Position numbers and translations under genes: made by a program. DNA of 64,000 bases from a virus (taxonomy: Duplodnaviria > Caudoviricetes). How positions within the stretch are numbered: position 1 is the first letter of the stretch; every line of letters starts with the position of its first letter. Under the pieces are notes generated by a model, which saw only the letters and a program-made list of their open reading frames with translations, was not told the origin of the DNA and ran no database searches. This document shows, piece by piece, positions 25,514-36,278 of the stretch. Where the stretch lies: the IMG/VR virus record IMGVR_UViG_3300031760_000028, positions 1-64,000 of that record, one strand, 5' to 3'.

Positions 25514-26704
25514 ATGGAGCTTACAAAGAAGCAAGAGGAAGGATTAAAATTAGTTATTCATAGATTTTTAGAGCATGAGAAATATAGTGTAATAGCTGGT
25601 TTTGCAGGTAGCGGTAAGAGCACTCTAATAAGATTTATGATTGAAGCGTTATCTGCATATGGGATAGAAGAAGCAACGGATGTGTGCTTTTGTGCTTACA
25701 CCGGGAAAGCTGCACAGGTGCTTATTGATAAAGGTAATAAAAATGCTATTACCGCACATAAATTATTATATCAAGCTTTCCCTAAGCCTGATGGGACTTT
25801 TATGTTTAGACCGAAAACCGAACTTGAATACAAAGTAATTATTGTTGATGAGTGTAGTATGCTACCAAAAAAAATGACAGAAAGACTACTTGCTTATCCA
25901 AATATATATGTAGTATTTTGTGGAGATCCAGGTCAGTTACCGCCAATTAACAAGGACGATGACAATCATCTACTCGACCATCCGCATATTTTCCTTGACG
26001 AGATTATGCGTCAGGCAGCTGATAGTGGAATCATTCAGCTTAGTATGAAAGTTAGACATGGTGAAGGAATAGATGGTTTTAAAACTAATGATGCTATTGT
26101 ATTACCAAAAACAGAATTAAATACAGGTATGCTTGAATGGGCAGATATAATTTTGTGTGCTACAAATGCAACAAGAATAAACATTAATAATGAAATGCGT
26201 AGACTACTTGGTCATGAAGGTGAAATATGCGACGGAGACAAGGTTATTAATTTAAATAACTCATGGGAAACATTTTCAGAAAATGGTAATGCTCTTACCA
26301 ATGGCGTAATTGGATATTTTTATAATCCTTTTGAATCATATGTGCGCACTCCATCATTTGCAAAAATACCTTTTAATGAAATAAAAACATATATTGGTCA
26401 TTTCGTAACAGAAACGAATGATGATTTTGGAACTTTATCTATTGATAAAAAAATGATTGACAAAGGTGAATTTAGTTTAACATCTAAGCAAAAGTTTTTA
26501 TTAGGTAGAAATCAAAAGTACGCAAGTCTTATACCATATCAATTTACTTTTGCTTATGCAATTACAACACATAAAGCTCAAGGTTCAAGTTGGAAAAATG
26601 TCCTTGTTATAGAAGAGAAGTTTCCATATCAGTCAGAGGAGCATAAAAAATGGTTATATACCGCAATCACTCGTGCAGAAGAGAAAGTTGTTGTAGTGAG
26701 GTGA
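25514..26704 (+). CDS. RecD2/Dda-like SF1B helicase
   Basis: GFAGSGKST, AYTGKAA, VDECSML, GDPGQLPP, IMRQ, TTHKAQGS, YTAITRA. Confidence 0.9.
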   Translation: MELTKKQEEGLKLVIHRFLEHEKYSVIAGFAGSGKSTLIRFMIEALSAYGIEEATDVCFCAYTGKAAQVLIDKGNKNAITAHKLLYQAFPKPDGTFMFRPKTELEYKVIIVDECSMLPKKMTERLLAYPNIYVVFCGDPGQLPPINKDDDNHLLDHPHIFLDEIMRQAADSGIIQLSMKVRHGEGIDGFKTNDAIVLPKTELNTGMLEWADIILCATNATRININNEMRRLLGHEGEICDGDKVINLNNSWETFSENGNALTNGVIGYFYNPFESYVRTPSFAKIPFNEIKTYIGHFVTETNDDFGTLSIDKKMIDKGEFSLTSKQKFLLGRNQKYASLIPYQFTFAYAITTHKAQGSSWKNVLVIEEKFPYQSEEHKKWLYTAITRAEEKVVVVR

Positions 26705-26707
26705 GAT

Positions 26708-26944
26708 ATGAAAAAAGTAATTAATTATATTATTGCGGGTAAAGAAACCGAATATTATACTTTAATATCAAATGACCGATTTATAATTGATGTTATAATA
26801 GTAAATCCAGATAACCCTCCTCATAAGTGGGGTTTTAGACGCGCTTCAATTATATATTTTGATGCAGCATTAGCAACAAAAAGCAGACAGTTTATTATAG
26901 ATGAAATTTTAAAACCTGAGTGTGAGAAATTTATTATTACTTAA
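26708..26944 (+). CDS. Hypothetical protein, paralog of 26954-27202
   Basis: Shares Y(I/V)IAGK..DRF(I/F)I(D/E)VI..NP..RR...I(Y/F)(F/L)DA(A/S)L...(I)(L/I)KP with the next gene. Confidence 0.78.
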   Translation: MKKVINYIIAGKETEYYTLISNDRFIIDVIIVNPDNPPHKWGFRRASIIYFDAALATKSRQFIIDEILKPECEKFIIT

Positions 26945-26953
26945 AGGGTAAAC

Positions 26954-27202
26954 ATGAAAAGACATATTTGGTATGTTATAGCAGGAAAACAAACTATGCA
27001 TTATGGTATAGATGGAGATAGATTTTTTATTGAAGTCATAACAATTAATCCTCAAGATGAGGGGAGAAAATTTCTTTTTCATGGGCGACGTTGCACAACG
27101 ATATTTTTAGATGCTTCGTTAGAAGCAGCAGATAAAGATTTTGTAAATGAATTTATAAAACCTTGTTGTTGTGTAGGTGAAAAAGAAATCATTATTATTT
27201 AA
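26954..27202 (+). CDS. Hypothetical protein, paralog of 26708-26944
   Basis: See previous entry; AAGGGT RBS. Confidence 0.78.
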   Translation: MKRHIWYVIAGKQTMHYGIDGDRFFIEVITINPQDEGRKFLFHGRRCTTIFLDASLEAADKDFVNEFIKPCCCVGEKEIIII

Positions 27203-27298
27203 GGAGTTTAAAATGGATTGGATAAAAGTTATAATTAGCGAAATGCTAAAGGTAACTTCTCATTCTTAATCCTGATTGTAGGTATATTACAATTAATT

Positions 27299-27505
27299 AT
27301 GATGGTAAAGAATGGAAAGAAGGGTAAAAAGATGACTCCACAAATATATGAAAATTTAGAACAATTAACTTATAGAGAATTACTTGAAGCTATTAGTAAT
27401 ATAAAAGAAAAAATATATAACCAACACAAGCCTGTGTTTTATTGTCAAGATTGGAATTATTATATCGCATTAATGAAAGAGCTGGATAAACGACAAGAAA
27501 GTTAA
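27299..27505 (+). CDS. Hypothetical protein (start uncertain; ATG 27332 also possible)
   Basis: ORF track; AAGAAGGG upstream of the second Met cluster. Confidence 0.55.
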   Translation: MMVKNGKKGKKMTPQIYENLEQLTYRELLEAISNIKEKIYNQHKPVFYCQDWNYYIALMKELDKRQES

Positions 27506-27549
27506 AATTAAGGAAAGTATATTTACATTGGAGTAGAAAGCAGATAAAG

Positions 27550-27578
27550 TTGACATTTAATAAAAAATATAATATAAT
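27550..27578 (+). promoter_or_regulatory. sigmaA-type promoter of dnaE
   Basis: TTGACA-17-TATAAT. Confidence 0.88.
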
Positions 27579-27645
27579 ATTTATATGAATTGAGAATTTC
27601 AGAATTATTTAGAACTCATTATGAAAGGAGGGAAGGTAACGACAG

Positions 27646-30157
27646 ATGAAAAGATTTAGTCCTCATAATCATACAGAAATGTCGAACTTCCGTTTACTTG
27701 ACTCAATTAATAAGCTTGAAGATTTAGTAAAAAGAGGTATAGATATAGGATTAGCGGGATTAGCTATTACAGACCATGAAACAATAGCTAATTCTGTTCG
27801 TATTTGCCAACTTCAAGAAAAATATCCTGATTTTAAAATTGCAATAGGTAATGAGATATATTTAACTGATACAAGAGATAAAAGTCAGAAATATTATCAC
27901 TTTATTTTAATTGCAAAGGATGCAGAAGGTCATCGACAGTTGCGCGAACTCAGTTCACAGGCATGGTTAAACAGCTTTTATGATAAAGGAATTGAAAGAG
28001 TTCCTACATTAAAGAGCGAACTTAAAGATATAGTTGACCGCAATCCAGGACATTTAATTGCAACCTCCGCTTGTATAGGTGGGGAGCTATCTTCAAATAT
28101 ATTAAGTCTTTTAAATGCGCGAACAACTGGGGATAAAAACGGTGAAGTTGTAGCTTATAATAATATTATTAATTTTATTGATTTTTGTATAAAATTATTT
28201 AAAGATGATTTTTATATAGAGATAGCACCTGGTGCAAGCAAAGAACAGGTTGCCGCAAATAGAATGCTTGTAACTATTGCAAGAAAATATGGATTCAAAA
28301 TAGTTATAGGTGATGACTCTCACTATTTAAGAAAAGAAGATAGATTTGTACATAAAGCATATCTTAACTCAAAAGAAGGAGATAGAGAAGTTGATGCATT
28401 TTATCAGTATGCATATTTACATGATGAAGAAGATTGTATAAAAGATTTAGCCCCAACATTCAAAGAGGATATACAAGCAACAGAGCTTTATTATCAGGTT
28501 TTATGTGCTAACAGTATGGATATGTTTAATAAAATAGAAATGTATGATATTCGTCATGCACAGACTATTCCATCTGTTGATGTTAAAGATTATCCTAAAA
28601 AAGAAAATTGTGGGATCGGCAAGCAGTTCCCAATATTAAGAGAAATGTATGTCTCTGATGATAAATATGAGAGATATTGGGTTAATGAATGTGTTCATAA
28701 GTTATATCAGTTAGAAAAAAATAATAACACATATTTTTCTGAACTTGAGCACGAAGCAAAAGTAAAGAAAACGATAGGAGAAAAGCTTGGTACAAATATC
28801 TTTAAGTATCCTATCACTCTTCAGCATTATATTGATATGATGTGGGATTGCGGAAGCTTAGTTGGAGCGGGAAGAGGTTCATCCTGTGCTGGATTGAATC
28901 ATTATCTTCTTGGTGTAACTCAGCTTGACCCTATTAAATGGAATCTTCCGTTCTTTAGATATTTGAACGTTGATAGATTAGAGCTTCCTGACATCGATCT
29001 CGACCTTTGTCCAAGCAAGCGTCCGCTCATCATGAAGAAGATTAAAGCGGAAAGAAGTCAGAAATTTGCGGAAGGTGTTAATCCAGAACTTGGAGCAACC
29101 TTTGTGACGACATTCGGAACAGAAACCGCAAAGTCAGCTATTCAAACTGCTTGCCGCGGGTATAGAAGTACAGAATATCCTGATGGTATTGATTCAGATA
29201 TAGGCACATATCTTGCGTCATTAGTTCCAGTAGAAAGAGGATTTAATTGGACAATCGCAGATATGGTTGAAGGAAATCCTGATAAAGGTCGTCAGCCAGT
29301 ATCATTATTTATTAATGAAGTAAATCAATATCCAGGTTTGCTAGACATTATAAAAGGTATTGAAGGTCTTGTTAAGTCAAGGGGTATTCATGCATCAGGT
29401 GTTATTATGTTTGATGAAGATCCATTTGAGTTTGGATGTTTTATGAAGGCGCCAAATGGTGAGGTAGTAACACAGTATGACCTTCATGATTGTGAAGCTG
29501 CGGGAATGACAAAATATGACTTTCTTTTAACTTCTGTGCAAGATATGTTATGTCAATCCATTAAGTTCTTACAAGAGGATGGAAAACTTCCGCAAGATAT
29601 GACACTTCGTGAAGTGTATGACAAGTATCTTCATCCTGAAGTACTTGATATAGAAGATAAAGCAACATGGGATAATATAGATAAAGCAAAAATATTAGCT
29701 TGCTTCCAGTTTGATAGTGATATTGGTAGCCAGGGTATTAAAAAGGTACAACCGCACGATATTCTTGAATTAAGTAATACAAATGGTCTTATTCGTCTTA
29801 TGGCTCCGGATGGAGAAGAAAATCCGATGGACAAATATATGAGATTTAAACGCAATCCAGGTGAATGGGATAGAGAAATGATGCAATATGGTCTTACAGA
29901 AGAAGAGCAGATGGCGTTTAGAAAATATCTTAAAGTTTCATTTGGTATTGGTATATCACAGGAACAATTAATGAAGGCGCTAATGGATGATGATATTTGC
30001 GGATTTAGTCTTAAAGATGCAAATGCCGCACGTAAGATTATAGGTAAAAAGCAGATGTCGAAAATTCCTGAACTGCGAACACAAATAAAAGAGCAGGCTA
30101 AAAGTGACGCAGTAGGAAGATATGTGTGGGATGCCATCGCGCGACCGCAATTAGGGT
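27646..30157 (+). CDS. dnaE: DNA polymerase III alpha (DnaE), exon 1
   Basis: PHP motifs HNH, TDHE, GNE, DSH; GRGS; catalytic PDIDLD and KYDFL; stops abruptly at ...RPQLG just before the conserved Y-x-F-x-x-x-H motif. Confidence 0.93.
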
Positions 30158-31306
30158 AAACGAAGAAACTTGCCCTTAAACACCTTTTCCGCTTATCAGC
30201 GGGGTATTTAAAACTTTGGTCAAAGTTAATTAAATGCTAACGGGGAAAACTAAAATAACAATAGAGATATAAAAAATATCCTTGTTGTTATCATGTCAAT
30301 CCCGTGGGAAAGAATAAAGGATATGATAACAATAATATAATATTGGAGGTAGATTAAATGTATTATATTTATTGTTACACAAATAAAATAAATAATCATA
30401 AATATGTAGGTCAAACAAATAACTTAAAAAGAAGAATTAGAGAACACAGTTCAGCAGCTTTTAATCCAAATGCAAGTTCTTATAATGATTTAATTCATAA
30501 AAAAATTAGAGAATACGGGGAAGATAATTTTCAAATAGATATTCTTGAAAAAGGTTATACAAATGATATAAATATAATAAATGAAAAAGAACAATATTGG
30601 GTTGAAAAAATGAATTCTTACTGTGGTAATGGTCAGGGATATAATTCAGATCATGGCGGATGTAATAAAAACCATAGTAAAAAATTAACTAATGAACAAA
30701 TAATTGAAATAAAAAATAAATTAAAACAAGGAATATCTTTTATAGATATTGAAAAAGAATATAATATTAGTTCAAGTTTTATTTCAAGTATTAATCACGG
30801 AAACTATTTCTATGATGATAGAGAATCTTATCCATTAAGCAAATATTATAAAGAGGATAAAGATTATGATGAACTCATAGATTTATTATTAAATTCTTCT
30901 TTAACATTAAATGATATAGCTAAACAATTAAATATAAGTTATGCAACAATTAAAAAAATTAATGCAGGAACTTTAAGAAAAGGTTTATATCCAGATTACC
31001 CAATTAGAAAGATAACCGCAAATGAACAGAGAGCTAATAAAATAAAAGACCTACTTTTAACAACAACTTATACAAATAAAGAGATTGCAAAAATCGTTAA
31101 TTCTTCAGAAGAAACAGTAAGAAGAATTAATGTTGGACAAACTTTTAAAGATAATAATTTATCATATCCTTTAAGAAACCTGTAACGACTATCCCGAGTG
31201 AGATTGGGAGTACAACTGCTATTGATACGCAGTTGGAAATGGGTGTTCTATAATGAAATATTATAGTAAAAGATAGTCTACACCATTGGAAACAATGGAT
31301 AATGTG
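30158..31306 (+). ncRNA. Group I intron (IA-like, with P7.1/P7.2 extension), 1149 nt, in dnaE
   Basis: 5' exon ends GGGU with P1 U-G pair to UUGCCC; P3 AACACC/GGUGUU; P4 CGGGGA/UCCCG; R CUGUAACGACUA; S AAGAUAGUCU; P7.2 CAACUGC/GCAGUUG; P8 CUAUAAU/AUUAUAG; P9 CCAUUG-GAAA-CAAUGG; terminal G at 31306. Splicing restores the frame (GGG T|AC AGT TTT = G-Y-S-F). Confidence 0.92.
30358..31185 (+). CDS. Intron-encoded GIY-YIG homing endonuclease with C-terminal HTH-like repeats
   Basis: YYIYCYTNKINNHKYVGQT..RRIREH..EKEQYW..GYN; repeated I..IN.G helix units; GGAGG RBS; stop codon overlaps the intron R element. Confidence 0.88.
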   Translation: MYYIYCYTNKINNHKYVGQTNNLKRRIREHSSAAFNPNASSYNDLIHKKIREYGEDNFQIDILEKGYTNDINIINEKEQYWVEKMNSYCGNGQGYNSDHGGCNKNHSKKLTNEQIIEIKNKLKQGISFIDIEKEYNISSSFISSINHGNYFYDDRESYPLSKYYKEDKDYDELIDLLLNSSLTLNDIAKQLNISYATIKKINAGTLRKGLYPDYPIRKITANEQRANKIKDLLLTTTYTNKEIAKIVNSSEETVRRINVGQTFKDNNLSYPLRNL

Positions 31307-32730
31307 ACAGTTTTTCAGATATTCATGCTCTTGCATATAGTTTCATAGGTTATCAAACAGCATATATTGCAACTAAATGGAGTCCTATATATTGGGATAC
31401 AGCAGTATTAGTTGTAAATAGTGGAAGTCTTGAAGAAAATGAAATTGATGATGATTTAGATTTAGAAGCAAAAGAAAAGAATTCAGATTATGCAAAAATA
31501 GCAAAGGCACTTGGTGAAATTATTGACCATGGTATTAAGGTATCTCTTGTAGATATTAATAAGTCCGATTATGGATTTAAGCCAGATGTAGCAAACAACC
31601 AAATTTTATTTGGTTTAAAGGCATTAAGTGGCGTAAATGCGGAAATGATAGATATTATTAAGGCTGGTAGACCTTATGCCAATATTAAAGACTTCATGGC
31701 TCATATCAAGATTAAAAAGCCAGCTATGGTTTCATTAATTAAGGGTGGCGCATTTGATAATATTGCAGAACCGCTTGGTTGCGTGGATAAAGAAAAAGCA
31801 AGATTTTATAATATGGCATATTATTTATATCAAGCGAGTGAACCAAAACAGAAGTTAACTCTTCAGAACCTTAATGGTCTTATTCAAGAAGAAATGATTC
31901 CAGATAGTCTTGATTTTGAGAAGAGAGTCTATTATTTTAATAAGCATCTTGGTCAACATAAATGGATAGATAGAAATACAAATATAGAGTATTATGTTAT
32001 AGTTCCAAAAGAAGCATATGATTTTTATGCCCAGCATTTTAATATAGATTATATTGAAGTAAAAGATGGAGTTCCAATTATTCAGCAGAAAATATGGAAA
32101 AAAGAAATTTATGATGTTTATATGGATAAGGTTAGAACTTGGTTAAAGGAACATCATGATGAGACATTATTTGAATATAATTCTATATTATTTAAAAAGA
32201 CATGGAAAAAGTATACAAAAAAGAATAATCTTTCTGCATGGGAGATGGAATCATTATGTTTCTATTATCACGAACATGAGTTAAAAAATCTCGATAAAAA
32301 TAAGTATGGTATTAAGAATTTCTTTGATTATTCAACAGAACCGACTGTGGAAAGAACATTTAATCGCGGCGGGCGCAAGTTACCTATCTACGAATTATTT
32401 AGAATTGCAGGGACTGTTATTAGTAAGAATGATACACGTCATACAGTATCACTTTTAACAACAGAAGGTGTTGTTCCTGTTAAATTCACTAGAGATATGT
32501 ATGCGATGTATAAGCGTCAGTTAAGTGAAGTTCAATCAGACGGTACAAAGAAAGTAACCGAAAAAGGTTGGTTTACACGTGGAACTATGCTTATTATAAA
32601 TGGATTTAGAAAGGACGATATGTTCGTAGCTAAGAAGTATGCAAATACACAAGGACATACAATTTATAAGATAGATGAAATAGATGAATATGGTAATGTT
32701 AAAATTGAGAATGAAAGAGGAGCAGCGTAA
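31307..32730 (+). CDS. dnaE: DNA polymerase III alpha (DnaE), exon 2 (spliced protein 1311 aa)
   Basis: In frame after splicing: YSFSDIHALAYSFIGYQTAYIATKWSPIYW...VDINKS..FGLKALSGV..; continuous with ORF 31645-32730 (offset 336 nt); C-terminal OB-like IAGTVI. Confidence 0.92.
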
Positions 32731-33284
32731 TGTATAGAATATTAGGATTTGTTGGTCCGAGTGGTTGTGGAAAAGACACAGCCACTCAATATATAGGAAA
32801 CACAGAAGGTTTTCATGTGGTTACTCTCTGTACCACCCGCCCAAAAAGGGACACTGAAAAAGGTAATGAATATCATTTTCTTGATCCAAGCGCATTTCTA
32901 ACAAAGGTCTTAAATGGAGATATGCTTAATGCTCAAGAGTTCAGGGGATGGTATTATGGAGTAAGTAAAAAAGATTTAAGTGAAGATAGTATTAATGTTA
33001 TGGCAATGAGTAATCTTATGGTAGATCAAATGATGGAGGAAAAATGCTCTGAAATTGAATTAATGCTAGTTTATATTGATGCTCCCGAAAAAGATAGACT
33101 AATGAATATTTTACAGAGAGAAAAAGATCCAGATTGTGCGGAAGTATGTAGAAGATTTTTAACAGATGAAAAGGATTATACATTAAACGCTCGCTTAAAG
33201 AACTCTTGCCGCTATATTATTAGTAATAACTATACAGATGACTTTTTTAATAGTATCATGTTAATTAAAAATCTTTATTCTTAA
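32730..33284 (+). CDS. gmk: Guanylate kinase-like nucleotide kinase
   Basis: GPSGCGKDT P-loop; TTRPKR..E..EYHF; WYYG. Confidence 0.85.
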   Translation: MYRILGFVGPSGCGKDTATQYIGNTEGFHVVTLCTTRPKRDTEKGNEYHFLDPSAFLTKVLNGDMLNAQEFRGWYYGVSKKDLSEDSINVMAMSNLMVDQMMEEKCSEIELMLVYIDAPEKDRLMNILQREKDPDCAEVCRRFLTDEKDYTLNARLKNSCRYIISNNYTDDFFNSIMLIKNLYS

Positions 33285-33289
33285 ATGAA

Positions 33290-33329
33290 GGTCTTTTTAC
33301 TTTAATATTATTATAAATTTTTTCATATA
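33290..33329 (+). promoter_or_regulatory. Putative class II promoter before nrdD
   Basis: GGTC 33290, TTAA at +12, TTTC-ATATA at +35. Confidence 0.6.
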
Positions 33330-33370
33330 TATTATGACACTAAAATATATAATTAATTGTGGAGGTAACT

Positions 33371-35527
33371 ATGAAAAAAATTATAAAACGAGATAGTAGA
33401 GAGGTTGATTTTGATAAAAGCAAAATCAAAGATGCGGTATTAAAAGCTTTTAAATCCGTAGACGGTAAAGTGTCAGCCTACGCCATTACTAAAGCTGAAA
33501 ATATTGCAGATTTTATTGAAAAGAGTATACAATTTCAAGACAAAAATTTAACAGTGGAAGAAATTCAAGATTATGTAGAAAAAGGCTTAATGTCTATTAA
33601 GCGCAAAGATGTTGCAAAAGCATATATTCTTTATAGAAAGCAAAGGGATTATGCACGAAAGAATACTATTGATGATACAATAGACGAAATTATTGCTAAC
33701 TCTAATAGCTATTGGACAAGTGAAAATTCTAATAAAGATTCTAAACTAGCAACTACTCAAAGAGATTATATCGCAGGAGCAGTGTCTACTGACGCAACAA
33801 GACGAAGACTTCTACCCCCAGATATTGTGAAAGCACATGATGAAGGGCTTATACATTTTCATGATGCAGATTATTTTATTCAGCCTATTCATAACTGTTG
33901 TTTAATTAATCTTGAAGATATGCTACAAAATGGTACAATTATTAGTAAAACAAAAATTGATAAGCCAAAGAAATTCTCAACTGCTTGTAATATTGCGACT
34001 CAGATCATAGCGCAAGTTGCAAGCTCGCAATACGGTGGTCAATCAATTAGTCTAGCACATTTGTCTCCATTTATTAAAGAGACAAGAGAGAAGTATCAGA
34101 AGGAATTCCCATCTTTTACTAAAGAACAGATTGAACATTTAGTCAATATGGATATTGAGAGTGGTGTGCAAACAATTCAATATCAAATATTAACATTAAT
34201 GACTACTAATGGGCAGACTCCATTCATAACAATTTATATGAATTTAGCAGAAGCGCCCGAAGGACAGGAAAGAGATGACTTAGCTAAATGTATAGAAGAA
34301 GTATTAAAGCAAAGAATACTAGGGGTAAAAAATGAGGCGGGAGTATATATTGCTCCAACCTTTCCTAAATTAATTTATGCTTTAGATGATTTTAATATAT
34401 ACCCAAATAGCAAATATTTTTATTTAACTAAAATAGCCGCAGAGTGCGTTTCTAAAAGACTTGTTCCAGACTTTATCTCTAATAAAGTTCAACGAGAATT
34501 AAAACAAGGTCAGACATATACTTGCATGGGGTGTAGAAGTTTCTTGACAAACGATAGAACCACAAAAAACTATGCTAAAGCATTAAATTATAAAGAGGGA
34601 CAGCAAAAATTCTATGGTCGATTCAATCAAGGAGTGGTTACTATTAACTTAGCCGATATTGCTTTATCTTCCCATAAGGATATAAATAAATTTTGGGAAA
34701 TTTTTGATGAAAGATTAGAATTATGTCATAGAGCTTTGCAATGCCGCCACAAAAGATTAAAAGGAACTTTATCAGATATTGCTCCAGTTTTATGGCAGCA
34801 CGGGGCTTTAGCAAGATTAAAAAGTGGAGAAGCTATTGATGAATTACTTTATCATGGTTATTCTACTATTTCTCTTGGATACGCCGCTTTATATGAATGT
34901 GTATATTATATGACTGGGAAGTCTCATACAGACGAAGAGGCTAAGCCATTTGCTATTGAAATTATGCAGCACTTAAATGATGCTTGTAATAAGTGGAAAG
35001 CAGAAGAAGATATTGATTATTCTGTTTATGGAAGTCCTATTGAATCTGTAACTTATAAATTTGCGAAATGCTTAAGAAAAAGATTTGGTATTATTCCAGA
35101 AATTACAGACCATGATTACATAACTAATTCATACCATGTAAACGTAAGAGAAAAAATTGATGCTTTTACCAAACTAGCTAAAGAAGCCGAGTTTCAAAAG
35201 CTAAGTCCAGGTGGCGCAATAAGTTATGCAGAAATACCAAATATGCAGCACAATCTTGATGCAGTTATTACATTAATACAGTTTATCTATGAGAATATCA
35301 TGTATGCTGAATTAAATACAAAAGCTGACTATTGCCATGTATGTGGATATAACGGTGAAATTCAAGTTAAAGGTACTCAAGGACATTATTATTGGGAATG
35401 TCCTAATTGCGGCAATAGAGATCAAAGTAAAATGACAGTCATAAGGAGAACTTGTGGATACATAGGCGGAAATTATTGGAATCAAGGTCGAACTGAAGAA
35501 ATTGCAGAGAGAGTATTGCATTTATAA
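33371..35527 (+). CDS. nrdD: Anaerobic (class III) ribonucleotide reductase with ATP-cone
   Basis: ATP-cone IIKRDSREVDFDKSKI; HFHD; HNCCL; MGCRSFL; Zn site CHVC/CPNC; glycyl-radical motif RTCGYIG. GGAGGT RBS supports ATG 33371. Confidence 0.95.
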   Translation: MKKIIKRDSREVDFDKSKIKDAVLKAFKSVDGKVSAYAITKAENIADFIEKSIQFQDKNLTVEEIQDYVEKGLMSIKRKDVAKAYILYRKQRDYARKNTIDDTIDEIIANSNSYWTSENSNKDSKLATTQRDYIAGAVSTDATRRRLLPPDIVKAHDEGLIHFHDADYFIQPIHNCCLINLEDMLQNGTIISKTKIDKPKKFSTACNIATQIIAQVASSQYGGQSISLAHLSPFIKETREKYQKEFPSFTKEQIEHLVNMDIESGVQTIQYQILTLMTTNGQTPFITIYMNLAEAPEGQERDDLAKCIEEVLKQRILGVKNEAGVYIAPTFPKLIYALDDFNIYPNSKYFYLTKIAAECVSKRLVPDFISNKVQRELKQGQTYTCMGCRSFLTNDRTTKNYAKALNYKEGQQKFYGRFNQGVVTINLADIALSSHKDINKFWEIFDERLELCHRALQCRHKRLKGTLSDIAPVLWQHGALARLKSGEAIDELLYHGYSTISLGYAALYECVYYMTGKSHTDEEAKPFAIEIMQHLNDACNKWKAEEDIDYSVYGSPIESVTYKFAKCLRKRFGIIPEITDHDYITNSYHVNVREKIDAFTKLAKEAEFQKLSPGGAISYAEIPNMQHNLDAVITLIQFIYENIMYAELNTKADYCHVCGYNGEIQVKGTQGHYYWECPNCGNRDQSKMTVIRRTCGYIGGNYWNQGRTEEIAERVLHL

Positions 35528-35534
35528 ATATAAT

Positions 35535-35563
35535 TTGATTTTTTTGTTATTTTTTTGTATAAT
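35535..35563 (+). promoter_or_regulatory. sigmaA-type promoter
   Basis: TTGATT-17-TATAAT. Confidence 0.75.
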
Positions 35564-35591
35564 ATAAATATAAAAATAAAGGAGAAAAAGA

Positions 35592-35972
35592 ATGGCTGAA
35601 AATATTAGTTTAGAGATTGGTAATTTATATGAAGCTAATAAACAATTAATTAAACAATATGAAAAACCGCTAACTCATCCTGAACTAGCAGCGAAACAAG
35701 AGGAACTTGAAGACTTCTTTGAAAATATTGTGCAATACGCTATGTTATTGTGTAATGAGCAAAAAGATTATACTGTTTTTCATTTATCAAGAAGTATTAC
35801 TTCACCACATTTTGCTGCGCGCGAAGCTTTAGGATGTTGCACAGATAGAGGAACTGTCTATTCAATAGAGAAAACTGAAGATGGTATAGCTTATGAAATT
35901 TGGATAGAGATAGATGGTAAAATGTACTGTTATTATCTTTTTCCTTATGACCAAGCAGTTATTGAATGTTAG
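35592..35972 (+). CDS. Hypothetical phage protein (126 aa)
   Basis: AAGGAG RBS; own promoter. Confidence 0.8.
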   Translation: MAENISLEIGNLYEANKQLIKQYEKPLTHPELAAKQEELEDFFENIVQYAMLLCNEQKDYTVFHLSRSITSPHFAAREALGCCTDRGTVYSIEKTEDGIAYEIWIEIDGKMYCYYLFPYDQAVIEC

Positions 35973-36274
35973 AGGGGGAGAAAGTAATGATTAATTTAAT
36001 AAGTTTCATCAGACCTTTCTCTATTGAACAAAAAATATTTATTAGAAACAGCGCGGTTCCTGATAAAATTAATATAGTTTCAACGAATTTATCTAAATAT
36101 TCAGAAACTATTTTTGAACTTATTGAACAATATAAAGAAGAGCAACCAGACTTAACTTTATACGGACCGGTAAATTATTGTGATAAATTGCGACAGCAAA
36201 TTGTTACAGAGAGTTTATCTAAATATAATAGAATGATACAAGTGACTTTAAAAAGTGAAAATGAGGTAGAATAA
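35966..36274 (+). CDS. Hypothetical protein (start may be ATG 35987)
   Basis: ORF track; GGGGGAG RBS before the second Met. Confidence 0.7.
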   Translation: MLEGEKVMINLISFIRPFSIEQKIFIRNSAVPDKINIVSTNLSKYSETIFELIEQYKEEQPDLTLYGPVNYCDKLRQQIVTESLSKYNRMIQVTLKSENEVE

Positions 36275-36278
36275 AAAT

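Noticed and set aside
27213-27331. Possible frameshifted small membrane gene (MDWIKVIISE + NAKGNFSFLILIVGILQLIMM...)
   Set aside because: It needs a one-base indel at 27240-27243 with no slippery sequence; it may be a sequencing error or decay and cannot be supported from the sequence alone.
30157-30159. In-frame TAA in dnaE as stop-codon recoding, pseudogene or split intein
   Set aside because: Fully explained by a group I intron. Other long genes read normally in code 11, and there are no intein Cys/His-Asn termini.
33371-35527. Intein or intron in nrdD, helicase or ligase
   Set aside because: Lengths are normal and motifs contiguous; no insertion was detected.
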